Shown here: one piece after another, positions 19,223 to 28,842 of the stretch
Position numbering within the stretch: position 1 is the stretch's first letter
How the letters are laid out: the number at the start of each line of letters is the position of its first letter
Notes under the pieces: model-generated
Database searches by the model: none
The model's input: only the letters and a program-made list of their open reading frames with translations
Told to the model about the DNA's origin: nothing
Assembly: GCA_001465015.1 (NCBI GenBank)
Contig: LNEO01000242.1
Location: 32,896-96,895, forward strand
Direction of reading: 5' to 3'
DNA length: 64,000 nt
DNA from: Deltaproteobacteria bacterium Ga0077539
Lineage (GTDB): Bacteria; Myxococcota_A; Polyangia; Polyangiales; Ga0077539
Translations under genes and position numbers: made by a program

Positions 19223-20628
19223 ACGCGTCGAAGCGATGGTTCGTCGTGGTTGCCGCTCTCGCGGCGAGCGGCTGCGTGCTCCCGAAGATCGATCGATGGG
19301 TCGAGGATGGGTCGCCGATGCCGGACGCTGTGATCGCAGATCGCAGCGTGGCGCCCGACGTTCCGCTCGACGCGCCCGGCGCGATCGATGTCGTCGAGCC
19401 GGACTCCACGGTGGCCTCCGACGTCCTCGACACCGGCGTTTCGACGGACGACGTCGCGCCTGTCGATGTCATGGTCGTGGACACAGGCGTTTGCGCGCCC
19501 GGTCAAGTGCGCTGCGGCGGGAGCTGCGTCTCGACGCAGTCCGACCCGACCAACTGCGGGACGTGCGGAATGCGCTGTCCGATGGCGATGCCGATGTGCT
19601 CTGCGGGAACGTGTCGATCGAACTGCGGCGCCGGCGAGACCAGCTGCGGCGCCGGCGTGTGCGCCAATCTTCAAACGAACGTCAATCACTGCGGCATGTG
19701 CGCTCGAGCGTGCACTGCTCCGTCCGGTGGGATCGTGTGCTCGATGGGAAGCTGTGGCATTTCTGGGTGCCCCGGAGGCATCGCCGACTGCGACGGGATG
19801 TTCGCCAACGGCTGCGAGGTCAACACCAACACCGACGCGAACAACTGCGGCATGTGCGGGGTTCGTTGCCCCGCTCCCATCGGAGGAACCGCCGTCTGCA
19901 CGAGCGGTCGTTGCATGCCGCAGTGCCCGCCGGGGGTCGGCCTCGTGGGCTCGACCTGCGTTTCGGCCTGCGGAGCGGTGACTCGATGCTCGGGCGGAGA
20001 GTGCCCGCCCGCTTTGTGCGGTACCGCGCTCTTCGCGGTGCCTTGGTCGTCGTTGGGGTCCTGCGGGATGCCGAGCTACGGCATGGCGAGCCCAGATATG
20101 ATCCGAGATTGCACGAACGCAGCGCGCGCGGCCTGCATGGCTCGCGGCTATACGCGTGGCGGTTGGGGGCCGATCGAAGCGAACTCGGTCACAGCGACGG
20201 TCGTGTGCGAGAGCGCGGTGTACACGGCGGCGCCCACGACGGGCACGATGGTTTCTGCGCTCATGGACGGCGCCCGCCGGTGTGGGCCGACTTCACAGTG
20301 GAGCAATCAGTGCACCGCTGCGATCGTCGATGCTTGTATGGGGCAAGGCGGATTCGGCGCGATCGATCTCATCGGTTCGGGCACGGTGGCGGGCGTCTGT
20401 TACCCCCCCGCGCGCACCACCCAGCTCACGATCGCCAACGACATGCTCCCCGGCACCTGCTCGATGGGAATGACCTCCGACGTCGCTCGCCGCTCGAACG
20501 CGTGCCTCAACAGCCTCGCCATGGTCTGCAGGACGATGGTCCCTGGCTCCATCGCCGGGGCGGGCCCTGTTCACAGCGAGGACGATCCGGGCTTCTCGTT
20601 CGTGTGGTGCATTCGCCCCACGCTGTGA
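19219..20628 (+). CDS. Cysteine-rich repeat lipoprotein
   Basis: The GTG at 19219 overlaps the upstream stop (GTGA). Lipobox VAALAASGC. Reiterated (T/H/N)NCG.CG..C...C..G.C units: TNCGTCGMRC, NHCGMCARAC, NNCGMCGVRC. Confidence 0.6.
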   Translation: MNASKRWFVVVAALAASGCVLPKIDRWVEDGSPMPDAVIADRSVAPDVPLDAPGAIDVVEPDSTVASDVLDTGVSTDDVAPVDVMVVDTGVCAPGQVRCGGSCVSTQSDPTNCGTCGMRCPMAMPMCSAGTCRSNCGAGETSCGAGVCANLQTNVNHCGMCARACTAPSGGIVCSMGSCGISGCPGGIADCDGMFANGCEVNTNTDANNCGMCGVRCPAPIGGTAVCTSGRCMPQCPPGVGLVGSTCVSACGAVTRCSGGECPPALCGTALFAVPWSSLGSCGMPSYGMASPDMIRDCTNAARAACMARGYTRGGWGPIEANSVTATVVCESAVYTAAPTTGTMVSALMDGARRCGPTSQWSNQCTAAIVDACMGQGGFGAIDLIGSGTVAGVCYPPARTTQLTIANDMLPGTCSMGMTSDVARRSNACLNSLAMVCRTMVPGSIAGAGPVHSEDDPGFSFVWCIRPTL

Positions 20629-20650
20629 TCGCGCCGCGCTGCGCGCGTCA

Positions 20651-21514
20651 CTACAGCGCGATGTGGCGGAGCTTCATCTGCACGTCGCTCGACCAGTGGT
20701 TGGCGAACGCGCGGACGCAGGTCGAGAGGTAGCGGACGTAGTCCGTGAAGACCTGCTCGCCCCACGTCTCGCGGATGGTCTTCTCGTTGGCCTCGAGGCG
20801 GCGGAGCCACTCGGCCGTGGTCTTGCCGTAGTGCACGCGGCGGGTCTCGAGCTTCTCGATCTCCCAGTACGGATTGACCGCGGCGACCAGCTCTTCGAGC
20901 CTCGGGTTGAGCCCGCCCGGAAAGATGATATCCGCGGTAAACGCGAGGTCTTGGAGGTCCTTTCGCGTGCGCGGGACGCGGTTGCGCAAGATCGCTTGAA
21001 AGGCGAACACGCCGCCGGGCTTCACCCAGGTCGAGAGCTTGCGAAAGTACTCGCGGTAGATGTCGATCGCGAGGCCCTGCCGCGACTGCGCGGGGCTCAC
21101 GAGGTGATCGATCATCTCGATGGACTGCAGGCCGTCGTACTTCTCGCCGTCGAGGCGCGGCTCCCAGTCTTTGTAGTCGATCATCCAGAACTTCGTGTTC
21201 GGGATCTTGCGCGCGAGGCACTCTTCGAACTGCGCGGTCGAGAGCGTGATCCCGTGCGCTTCCTTGATGCCGCGCTTGGCGACGTACTCGAGGTTGGCTC
21301 CCCAGCCGCAGCCGATGTCGAGGACGGTCTTGCCCGCGTCGAGCTCGGCCCAGTCATAGAGGATGCGCGCCTTGTTTTCTTGGGCGTGCTCGAGCGAATC
21401 CTCGGGCCGCTCGTAGACGGCGGACGTGTAGTGCATCCGATCGTCCAACCACAGGCGAAAAAAGTCGTTCGAGAGGCTGTACCCGACATCGACTTCGGCT
21501 TTGGTGCTCGTCAC
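20651..21514 (-). CDS. Cyclopropane-fatty-acyl-phospholipid synthase family SAM-dependent methyltransferase
   Basis: 287-aa ORF. NDFFRLWLDDRMHYTSAVY, the SAM motif VLDIGCGWGANLEYVAKRG and the C-terminal YLSTCVRAF are typical of the CMAS family. Confidence 0.85.
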   Translation of the reverse strand: MTSTKAEVDVGYSLSNDFFRLWLDDRMHYTSAVYERPEDSLEHAQENKARILYDWAELDAGKTVLDIGCGWGANLEYVAKRGIKEAHGITLSTAQFEECLARKIPNTKFWMIDYKDWEPRLDGEKYDGLQSIEMIDHLVSPAQSRQGLAIDIYREYFRKLSTWVKPGGVFAFQAILRNRVPRTRKDLQDLAFTADIIFPGGLNPRLEELVAAVNPYWEIEKLETRRVHYGKTTAEWLRRLEANEKTIRETWGEQVFTDYVRYLSTCVRAFANHWSSDVQMKLRHIAL

Positions 21515-21787
21515 GTCGCAACGCTCCTGCGTGAGGGAGAAGTGTGCGTGCTGTTACCTTGCGAGCGTTTAGGCCGTCAACGTGTGTCCCGACTGCGATC
21601 ACGGCTTCGCACCGGTGTGTCCCGCGGGTAGCGGCGGGCCTGCGCTGCTCGGGATGCCGTGGAGTTGACGGCCGGCGGTGATTCGTCGCAAGAGGCGCCC
21701 ACCGGTGGCAAAGCGCGTAATTCGACGGAACCCGCTCGTGCTCTTTTCGTCGCCTCGGCTTCGCCCTACCGACGGTGCATTGCTTCG

Positions 21788-22258
21788 ATGACCCTTCGGA
21801 CGACGACGATGCGTTCGATGCTCGCGGCGGCGGTCTTGCCGGTCGCCGTGGCGGGGGTCGTGTTTTTCGTCGCCCGGTCGAGGCTCGATCGCGACCGCGA
21901 GCCCCTGGCTCCGTTTCGCGTTCGGCTTGGAATGACGCCAGCCGATGTGCGCGCAACGTTTGCGCCGCCGGCGGCAGGGACTTCGCAGTGGCGGCTCGAT
22001 TCGAGCGGAGCCAATGCGATCGAATGGCGCGGTTCTGGACGGAGCTTTCGCTTCGAGTTTCACAACGCCCAGCTGATGGCTGTCCGCGCAATTCTCGAAT
22101 CGAGAGATCCCTCTACGCACGGCGACGCACTTGAGGTATCAACCGCAACCGTCCTCCGGCGACGAGCTCGTGAGGACGGACGCGTGGAGCTCACCCTCCT
22201 CGCACGTGACTGTCCAACACACGCTGAAGAAGCCCGACGATTGATCAACAGTCGTTGA
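21788..22258 (+). CDS. Hypothetical membrane-anchored protein
   Basis: Interior ATG of ORF 21659-22258. N-terminal anchor MLAAAVLPVAVAGVVFFVA. I recognised no family. Confidence 0.35.
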   Translation: MTLRTTTMRSMLAAAVLPVAVAGVVFFVARSRLDRDREPLAPFRVRLGMTPADVRATFAPPAAGTSQWRLDSSGANAIEWRGSGRSFRFEFHNAQLMAVRAILESRDPSTHGDALEVSTATVLRRRAREDGRVELTLLARDCPTHAEEARRLINSR

Positions 22259-22366
22259 GCGACGAAGCGAAAGACAAGTGGCCGCGCACTCGCGCTCCGC
22301 GCTCACTAGTGAGCTCGGACCGAGGGCGCTCTCGAAGTGGTTCCTGAAGAACGAACCAGCCCCACC

Positions 22367-22996
22367 ATGCAGATCTTCCCACGTTCACTCAACAAGCTCC
22401 CCGCGGTGGTGGCCGTGGGCGCAGCCCTCCTCGGAGGAGGCGTCGTCGGCGGCTTCTGGTACTACGGCACGCCGAAGCACCTCCAGGTTGGGTATGCGCC
22501 CCGGCAGCCGGTGCCCTATAGCCACCGGCTTCACGCCGGCATCATGGGGATGGACTGCAGGTACTGTCATGCCAACGTCGAACGCTCGGGCGAAGCGATG
22601 ATTCCCCCGACGCAGACGTGCATGAACTGTCACTCGCTCGTGCGCACTGACAGCGCCCGCCTCGCGCCAGTGCGCGAGAGCTGGCGCACAGGTCAGTCGA
22701 TTCCGTGGGTGCGAATTCATCGCCTCCCGGATCACGCGTACTTCGACCACAGCGTGCACATCTCCGCCGGCGTCGGGTGCGTGACCTGCCACGGGCGCGT
22801 CGATCAGATGGACATCGTCCGTCAGGATCAGCCGCTCAGCATGAGCTGGTGCCTCGACTGCCACAGAAATCCCGGGCCCAACCTCAGGCCTAGGGACCAG
22901 GTCACGAACATGGAATGGCGTCCCGATCCAGCGCAGCAGGTCCAGCCGCAGCGCAGGGTCGAGCCTCCTCAGAACTGCTCGGGGTGCCACCGATGA
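22367..22996 (+). CDS. actA: Alternative Complex III subunit ActA (pentaheme cytochrome c)
   Basis: N-terminal TM anchor plus five CxxCH motifs: CRYCH, CMNCH, CVTCH, CLDCH, CSGCH. First gene of the act cluster. Confidence 0.85.
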   Translation: MQIFPRSLNKLPAVVAVGAALLGGGVVGGFWYYGTPKHLQVGYAPRQPVPYSHRLHAGIMGMDCRYCHANVERSGEAMIPPTQTCMNCHSLVRTDSARLAPVRESWRTGQSIPWVRIHRLPDHAYFDHSVHISAGVGCVTCHGRVDQMDIVRQDQPLSMSWCLDCHRNPGPNLRPRDQVTNMEWRPDPAQQVQPQRRVEPPQNCSGCHR

Positions 22997-25900
22997 GCAA
23001 GCGACAGCCGTACAGTTTCGCGAAGAGCCCAGACGACGCGCCGGACGCGCCGCAGTATTGGACCAGCATCGAGGACCTCGAGGGCCAGCGCGCGAGCGCG
23101 CCCGACGCGAAGGCCGCCTACGAAAAGCGCGTCCGGGATGCGGTCGACAGCGAGTTCGGCGAGGGTGACTCCTTCGGTCCCTCCGACGATCACTCGCGCC
23201 GAAACTTCCTCGGCATCATGAGCGCCTCCGTCGCGCTCGCGACGCTCTCGGGCTGCCGTCGGCCGGTCGAGCCGATCCTGCCGTACGTGCGGATGCCCGG
23301 CGACGTGAACCTCGGCGTGGCCAATCACTACACGTCGGTGTACGTCGAGCGCGGCGACGCGATCGGCGTGCTCGTCGAGAGCCACACTGGCAGGCCCACC
23401 AAGGTCGAGGGCAACCCCGAGCACTCGGGCTCGCTCGGCGCGCTGACGATCCGCGGACAGGCGAGCGTGCTCGACCTGTACGACCCCGATCGCATGCGCT
23501 CTCCGATGGCCAAGGGCGAGGGCAGCGCCCCCGCAGCGGGTCACGGCGACCACGCCGCGCATGGCTCTGGGCACGCGGGATTCGTCAACAAGAGCTGGGA
23601 CGACTTCGACCGCGCGCTCAGCGAGATGATCACGCCGCACAGGGCCGACGGAGGAGCAGGGCTGCGCTTTCTCGTGCAGCCGTCGATCTCGCCGTCGTTC
23701 ATGCGGCTGCGCTCGAAGGTCAAAGAGAAGTTTCCCCGCGCGAAGTTCTACACGTGGGACGCTTGCTCGACGGGCAACATCCGCGAGGGCGCGAAGATCG
23801 CCACCGGACAAGCCGCCAACGTCGTGTACGCGCTCGAGAACGCCAGGGTCGTCCTCTCGGTCGACTCGGACTTCCTCGGCACCGAGCCCGGCATGGTGCG
23901 CCACGCCAAGGCGTGGTCGTCGCGCCGCAAGATGCAGAGCGCCGAAGACCGCGACATGTCGCGGCTCTACGTCGTCGAGCCCTCGATGACCGTCACCGGC
24001 GGAACGGCGGATCATCGCCTCCGCCTCCCGGCGCGCGACGGTTTGGCGTACCTGCAGGCGCTCGCTGGCCGGCTCGCGCGCGAGAGCGCGCTCGGGCTCT
24101 CCACGTCGCTCGGCGGCGATGCCCCGGCGGGCGTTCCTGCGTATTGGGTCGAGGCGGTCGCGGCGGATCTGCTCGCGGCGCGCGGCGAGAGCGTGGTGAT
24201 CGTGGGCTCGCGGCAGCCTGCCGCGGTGCACGCGCTCGCACACACAATCAACGCGGCGCTCACCAACCTCGGCCGCACGGTCAAGCTCTACCCCATCACC
24301 GACGCGGACGAGGGCGACTCGCTCACGGACCTCGCGGCGCTCGCCAACGAGGCCGGGTCGGTGCAGACGCTGATCATCGTCGGCGGCAACCCCGCGTACG
24401 ACGCCCCGGCGTCCCTCGGGATCGGCGAGAAGATCAACGGCATTCGCAACGTGCTTCACGCCACGATGTTTCACGACGAGACGTGCGCGGGCGCCAAGCT
24501 CTGCATGCCGCTCGCGCACTACCTCGAGACGTGGGGCGATCAGAAGGGCCTCGACGGCGCGGTCACGATCCAGCAGCCGCTGATCGAGCCGCTCTACGCG
24601 TCGCGCAGCGAGATCGAGCTGTTCGCGCAGATCCTCAATGAAGGGCCCCGCTCGGGGCACGACATCGTTCGTCAGACCTTCATCGGAGAGCGTCCGTGGA
24701 CCGTGGCGAGCGAGACGGCGTGGCGCAGAGCGCTGACGTCCGGCGTGGTCGCGGACTCTGCGGCGCGTCCCCTCGAGGGCGTCGCCGCGCGCGCATCGGA
24801 CGTCGCGACGGCGGTCACCGCCGCCCGCGGACGCGCAGGCGCCGCGCCTTCTGCGCAGCGAGTTGAAATCGTGTTCGCGATCGACTCCAAGATGAGCGAC
24901 GGTCGCGGCGCGAACAACGCGTGGCTCCAAGAGCTGCCTGACCCCGTGACCAAGATCACTTGGGACAACGCCGCGCTCGTGTCGCCGAAGCTCGCTCGCG
25001 AGCAGAGCATCACCAGCGGCGACAAGATCGAGGTCACCGTCGACGGAAAGAAGCTCACGATCGTCGCCTGGGTCGCCCCCGGACAGGCGGACTACAGCGT
25101 GACGCTCCCGCTCGGCTGGGGCCGCACGGCCGCCGGTCGCGTGGGCGACGGCAAGGGCTTCAACGTCAACGTCGTGCGCTCGCACGAGAACTTCTGGTTC
25201 GCCGACGGCGCGATCCGAAAGACGGGCGAGCGCTACCCGCTCTCGCACACGCAAGAGCACCACCGCATGGTGGACCGCCCCCTCGCGGTCGAGACGACGC
25301 TCGCGAAGTACAAGGAAAACCCGCGGTTTCCTGCGATGCGCACGCCCACGCCGCGCACGCTGCCGCTCTGGCGCGAGGTCGAGTACAACGGGTACAAGTG
25401 GGGCCTCGTGGTGGACCTCACCGCGTGCACCGGGTGCAGCGCGTGCATCGTCGCGTGCCAGTCGGAGAACAACATCCCGTGCGTCGGCAAAGAGCAGGTC
25501 GCTCGCGGCCGCGAGATGCTCTGGCTGCGCCTCGATCGCTACTTCGTCAGCCCGCGCGTAGGAGCGGACGGCTTTCCCTCGGACGAAGACGGAGCGCTCG
25601 TCGACTCCGATCCGATGATGGCCGTGCAGCCCGTCGCGTGCGTGCAGTGCGAAGAGGCCCCTTGCGAGAATGTGTGTCCCGTCAACGCGACGGCGCACAG
25701 CCCCGAGGGCCTCAACGACATGGCCTACAACCGCTGCATCGGGACGAGGTACTGCTCGAACAACTGCCCCTACAAGGTGCGGCGGTTCAACTACCTCAAC
25801 TTCCACAACGACAGCGTGTACCAGCCGAAGGATCCGGACGTTCCCGAGACGGTGCGCATGCAGCACAACCCCAACGTCACGGTGCGCTTCCGCGGCGTGA

Positions 25901-26178
25901 TGGAGAAGTGCACCTACTGCGTGCAGCGCATCCAGAACGCGAAGATCCACGCGAAGAACGAGTACCGAACGGTGCGCGACGGAGAGATCCAGACCGCGTG
26001 CCAGCAGACGTGCCCGACCGGCGCGATCGTGTTCGGTGACATGAACGACCGCGAGAGCGCGGTTCACCGGCTCATGCGCACCGACCGCCGCTACCAGCTC
26101 CTCGCCGAGCTCGGCACGCAGCCGCGCACGACCTTCCTGGCCAAGATCCGCAATCCCAATCCGGAGATGCACGGATGA
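22993..26178 (+). CDS. actB: Alternative Complex III subunit ActB (molybdopterin-oxidoreductase-like domain fused to a 4Fe-4S ferredoxin domain)
   Basis: The ATG at 22993 overlaps the actA stop (ATGA). Tat-like [21 protein letters not shown]. The C-terminal half has Cys clusters [37 protein letters not shown] and CTYCVQR. Confidence 0.9.
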   Translation: MSKRQPYSFAKSPDDAPDAPQYWTSIEDLEGQRASAPDAKAAYEKRVRDAVDSEFGEGDSFGPSDDHSRRNFLGIMSASVALATLSGCRRPVEPILPYVRMPGDVNLGVANHYTSVYVERGDAIGVLVESHTGRPTKVEGNPEHSGSLGALTIRGQASVLDLYDPDRMRSPMAKGEGSAPAAGHGDHAAHGSGHAGFVNKSWDDFDRALSEMITPHRADGGAGLRFLVQPSISPSFMRLRSKVKEKFPRAKFYTWDACSTGNIREGAKIATGQAANVVYALENARVVLSVDSDFLGTEPGMVRHAKAWSSRRKMQSAEDRDMSRLYVVEPSMTVTGGTADHRLRLPARDGLAYLQALAGRLARESALGLSTSLGGDAPAGVPAYWVEAVAADLLAARGESVVIVGSRQPAAVHALAHTINAALTNLGRTVKLYPITDADEGDSLTDLAALANEAGSVQTLIIVGGNPAYDAPASLGIGEKINGIRNVLHATMFHDETCAGAKLCMPLAHYLETWGDQKGLDGAVTIQQPLIEPLYASRSEIELFAQILNEGPRSGHDIVRQTFIGERPWTVASETAWRRALTSGVVADSAARPLEGVAARASDVATAVTAARGRAGAAPSAQRVEIVFAIDSKMSDGRGANNAWLQELPDPVTKITWDNAALVSPKLAREQSITSGDKIEVTVDGKKLTIVAWVAPGQADYSVTLPLGWGRTAAGRVGDGKGFNVNVVRSHENFWFADGAIRKTGERYPLSHTQEHHRMVDRPLAVETTLAKYKENPRFPAMRTPTPRTLPLWREVEYNGYKWGLVVDLTACTGCSACIVACQSENNIPCVGKEQVARGREMLWLRLDRYFVSPRVGADGFPSDEDGALVDSDPMMAVQPVACVQCEEAPCENVCPVNATAHSPEGLNDMAYNRCIGTRYCSNNCPYKVRRFNYLNFHNDSVYQPKDPDVPETVRMQHNPNVTVRFRGVMEKCTYCVQRIQNAKIHAKNEYRTVRDGEIQTACQQTCPTGAIVFGDMNDRESAVHRLMRTDRRYQLLAELGTQPRTTFLAKIRNPNPEMHG

Positions 26179-27632
26179 GCTCCGCCAACCCGAACGCTCC
26201 GATCAAGGAGATCAACGAGGTCGCCCTCGCGGCCCCTCAGTACGACTTTCATCGGATCACCGATGACGTCGCGAAGGTCACCGAGACCCCGGCCCCCCGC
26301 GGCTGGTGGGTGATGTTTCTCATCGCCGTCAGCTTGCTCGGCGCCCTCGGACTGACGCTCGCGTACCTGTTCTGGAAGGGCATCGGCGCCTGGGGCAACA
26401 ACCAGCCGATCTCCTGGGCCTGGGACATCACCAACTTCGTGTGGTGGGTCGGTATCGGCCACGCCGGAACGCTCATCTCCGCGGTGCTCTTTCTCTTCCG
26501 TCAAAAGTGGAGGACGAGCATCAACCGCGCGGCGGAGGCCATGACCATCTTCGCGGTGATCTGCGCGTTGATGTTCCCCGGCATCCACGTCGGCCGCGTG
26601 TGGTTGATGTACTACCCCTTCCCGATCCCCAACTCGATGGGGCTCTGGCCGAACTTCAAGAGCCCGCTCTTGTGGGACGTGTTCGCGGTCAGCACGTACT
26701 TCACCGTCTCGCTCTTGTTCTGGTACGTCGGCCTCATCCCTGACCTCGCGACGCTCAGGGACCGCTCGAAGAACAAGATCCGCCGCATGGCGTACGGCGG
26801 CTTCGCCCTCGGCTGGCGCGGCTCGAACCGTCACTGGCAGAACTACGAGCGCGCGTACATGATCCTCGCGGCGATCTCGACGCCCCTCGTGCTCTCTGTG
26901 CACTCGGTGGTCTCGTTCGACTTCGCGACGTCGGTCATCCCCGGATGGCACACGACGATCTTTCCGCCGTACTTCGTCGCGGGCGCGATCTTCTCAGGCT
27001 TCGCGATGGTGCTGACGCTCATGCTCGTCGTGCGCTCGGTGTTCAAGCTGCATGGCTTGATCACGCTGAAGCACATCGAGTTCATGAACAAGATCATCCT
27101 CGCGACCGGCAGCATCGTTGGCTACGCGTACGCGATGGAGTTCTTCATCGCGTGGTACTCGGGCAACGACTACGAGCGCTACGTCTTTTTCGTCAGCCGC
27201 ATGAAGGGCCCCTACGCGTGGGCCTACTGGTCGATGATCATCTGCAACGTGCTCTCGCCGCAGATCTTCTGGGCGAAGTCGATGCGGACCAACGTCCCGG
27301 TCTCCTACGCGGTGTCCATCTTCGTGAACATCGGCATGTGGTTCGAGCGCTTCGTGATCATCGCGACCTCGCTCCACAGGGACTTCCTCCCGTCGTCGTG
27401 GGGCTACTTTCACCCCACGCCGATCGACGTGATGACCTACCTGGGATCGTTCGGGTTGTTCTTCACGTTCTTCTTGCTCTTCATCCGATGGTTGCCCGCG
27501 ATCGCGATCGCCGAGGTCAAGCTGGTGCTGCCCGAGGCGGACCCGCACTACGAAGCGCACGGCGAGCACGGCGGCGACGATCACGATCACGATGACAAGT
27601 CCGGCGACGAAGAGTCGCGCGCGGAGGCCTGA
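26175..27632 (+). CDS. actC: Alternative Complex III subunit ActC (NrfD/PsrC-like quinol-interacting membrane subunit)
   Basis: ATGA overlap with actB. About 10 hydrophobic helices. NrfD-like [23 protein letters not shown]. The C-terminal tail is rich in His and Asp. Confidence 0.9.
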   Translation: MSSANPNAPIKEINEVALAAPQYDFHRITDDVAKVTETPAPRGWWVMFLIAVSLLGALGLTLAYLFWKGIGAWGNNQPISWAWDITNFVWWVGIGHAGTLISAVLFLFRQKWRTSINRAAEAMTIFAVICALMFPGIHVGRVWLMYYPFPIPNSMGLWPNFKSPLLWDVFAVSTYFTVSLLFWYVGLIPDLATLRDRSKNKIRRMAYGGFALGWRGSNRHWQNYERAYMILAAISTPLVLSVHSVVSFDFATSVIPGWHTTIFPPYFVAGAIFSGFAMVLTLMLVVRSVFKLHGLITLKHIEFMNKIILATGSIVGYAYAMEFFIAWYSGNDYERYVFFVSRMKGPYAWAYWSMIICNVLSPQIFWAKSMRTNVPVSYAVSIFVNIGMWFERFVIIATSLHRDFLPSSWGYFHPTPIDVMTYLGSFGLFFTFFLLFIRWLPAIAIAEVKLVLPEADPHYEAHGEHGGDDHDHDDKSGDEESRAEA

Positions 27633-27642
27633 GAGAACGACC

Positions 27643-28192
27643 ATGGCCAGCCACGATCACGACAAAGAGACCAAGAGCTCGGGCGAGAAGAAGCCCGTTC
27701 TTCTCCTCGCGGAGTTCGACTCCACGGCGAAGATCTTTCACGCGGCCGAGAAGGTCCGCGACGCGGGCTTCACGCGGTGGGATGTCCATACGCCGTTTCC
27801 CATCCACGGGATGGACGGCGCCATGGGCCTGCCCGACTCGAGGCTCGGGTGGATCGTCGCCGTGATGGCTCTACTACATGAACGTCGTCGACTACCCGAT
27901 CATCATCGGCGGCAAGCCCGCCTGGTCGATCCCGTCGGTCGCGCCGGTGGCGTTCGAGCTCACGATTCTGTTCAGCGCGTTCGGCGCGGTGTTCGGGATG
28001 TTCGGGCTCAACAAGCTCCCTCGACACCATCATCCGATCTTCGCGTCCGAGCGCTTCGAGCGCGCGTCGGACGACCGGTTCTTCGTGAGCATCGAAGTGG
28101 ACGACCCCAAGTACGACGAGAAGAAGACGCGAAAGCTCCTCGAAGAGGCGCACGCGACGCACATCGAAGTGGTCGAAGAGGAGGTGGTCTGA
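27643..28192 (+). pseudogene. actD: Alternative Complex III subunit ActD (DUF3341), reading frame interrupted near 27866-27871
   Basis: Codons 27643-27870 give MASHDHD...LLAEFDSTAKIFHAAEKVRDAGFTRWDVHTPFPIHGMDGAMGLPDSRLGWIVAVMA. The conserved remainder, LYYMNVVDYPIIIGGKPAWSIPSVAPVAFELTILFSAFGAVFGMFGLNKLP...HHPIF, is in the +1 frame (27869-28192). That frame is closed by TGA at 27863-27865. Confidence 0.7.
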
Positions 28193-28842
28193 TGCGTCCG
28201 ACGATCTCCAAGCTCATCGCGGCGGGCGTCCTGTCGATGCCGCTCTCGGCGTGCCGAGGCGGTCCGACCGAACTGCCGCCGATCGTCCCGATCCGCAACA
28301 TGCACCGCCAGCAGAAGTACCGCCCGCAAGACACGAGCGCGTACTTCCAGGACGGCCGGAGCATGCGCCCGATCCCTGCGCACACGGTCTCGAGAGAGCA
28401 GGGCGGAATCGATCCCGAGATCGAGTCCGGGCTGCAGCCGGGCACGCGCAACTACGTCGAGCGCGTCCCCCAGGCGGCGATCGCGAACCTCCGCCACCGA
28501 ACCAACGACGGACGTTGGGTCGAGGGGATGGAGGGCGCCGTCGCCCGAGGCCGCGAGCGCTACAACATCTACTGCTCGCCGTGCCACGGAACGGTGGGCG
28601 ACGGTCAGGGCATCGTGTACTTGCGCTCGAGGATCTCGGGCTACCAGTACCCGCAGCCCACGTCGCTGCACGACGACCGCATCCGCCACACGCCGGACGG
28701 TCAGCTCTACGCCAGCATTCGCAACGGCATCCGAAATATGCCCGGATACGCCGCGCAAATCCCCACTTATGACCGCTGGGCCATCGTCGCGTACGTTCGC
28801 GCGCTGCAGCTCAGCCAGGCCAACGCAGGAGCGAACCCGTGA
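28192..28842 (+). CDS. actE: Alternative Complex III subunit ActE (mono-heme cytochrome c lipoprotein)
   Basis: The ATG at 28192 overlaps the actD stop. Lipobox LSMPLSAC. Heme motif CSPCHG with downstream MPGY. Position after actD. Confidence 0.85.
   Translation: MRPTISKLIAAGVLSMPLSACRGGPTELPPIVPIRNMHRQQKYRPQDTSAYFQDGRSMRPIPAHTVSREQGGIDPEIESGLQPGTRNYVERVPQAAIANLRHRTNDGRWVEGMEGAVARGRERYNIYCSPCHGTVGDGQGIVYLRSRISGYQYPQPTSLHDDRIRHTPDGQLYASIRNGIRNMPGYAAQIPTYDRWAIVAYVRALQLSQANAGANP

Noticed and set aside
21582-21624. 10-nt direct repeat GTGTGTCCCG, occurring twice 33 nt apart upstream of the CFA-synthase-like gene
   Set aside because: It is short, there are only two copies, and there is no dyad symmetry or known motif. 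It could easily occur by chance in GC-rich DNA.
27592-28842. 416-aa ORF that looks like one large gene downstream of actC
   Set aside because: It is a chimera: the ActD N-terminus, ~100 codons of Arg-rich out-of-frame read-through, then the ActE coding sequence in the same frame. It is better explained by a frameshifted actD plus a separate actE starting at 28192.
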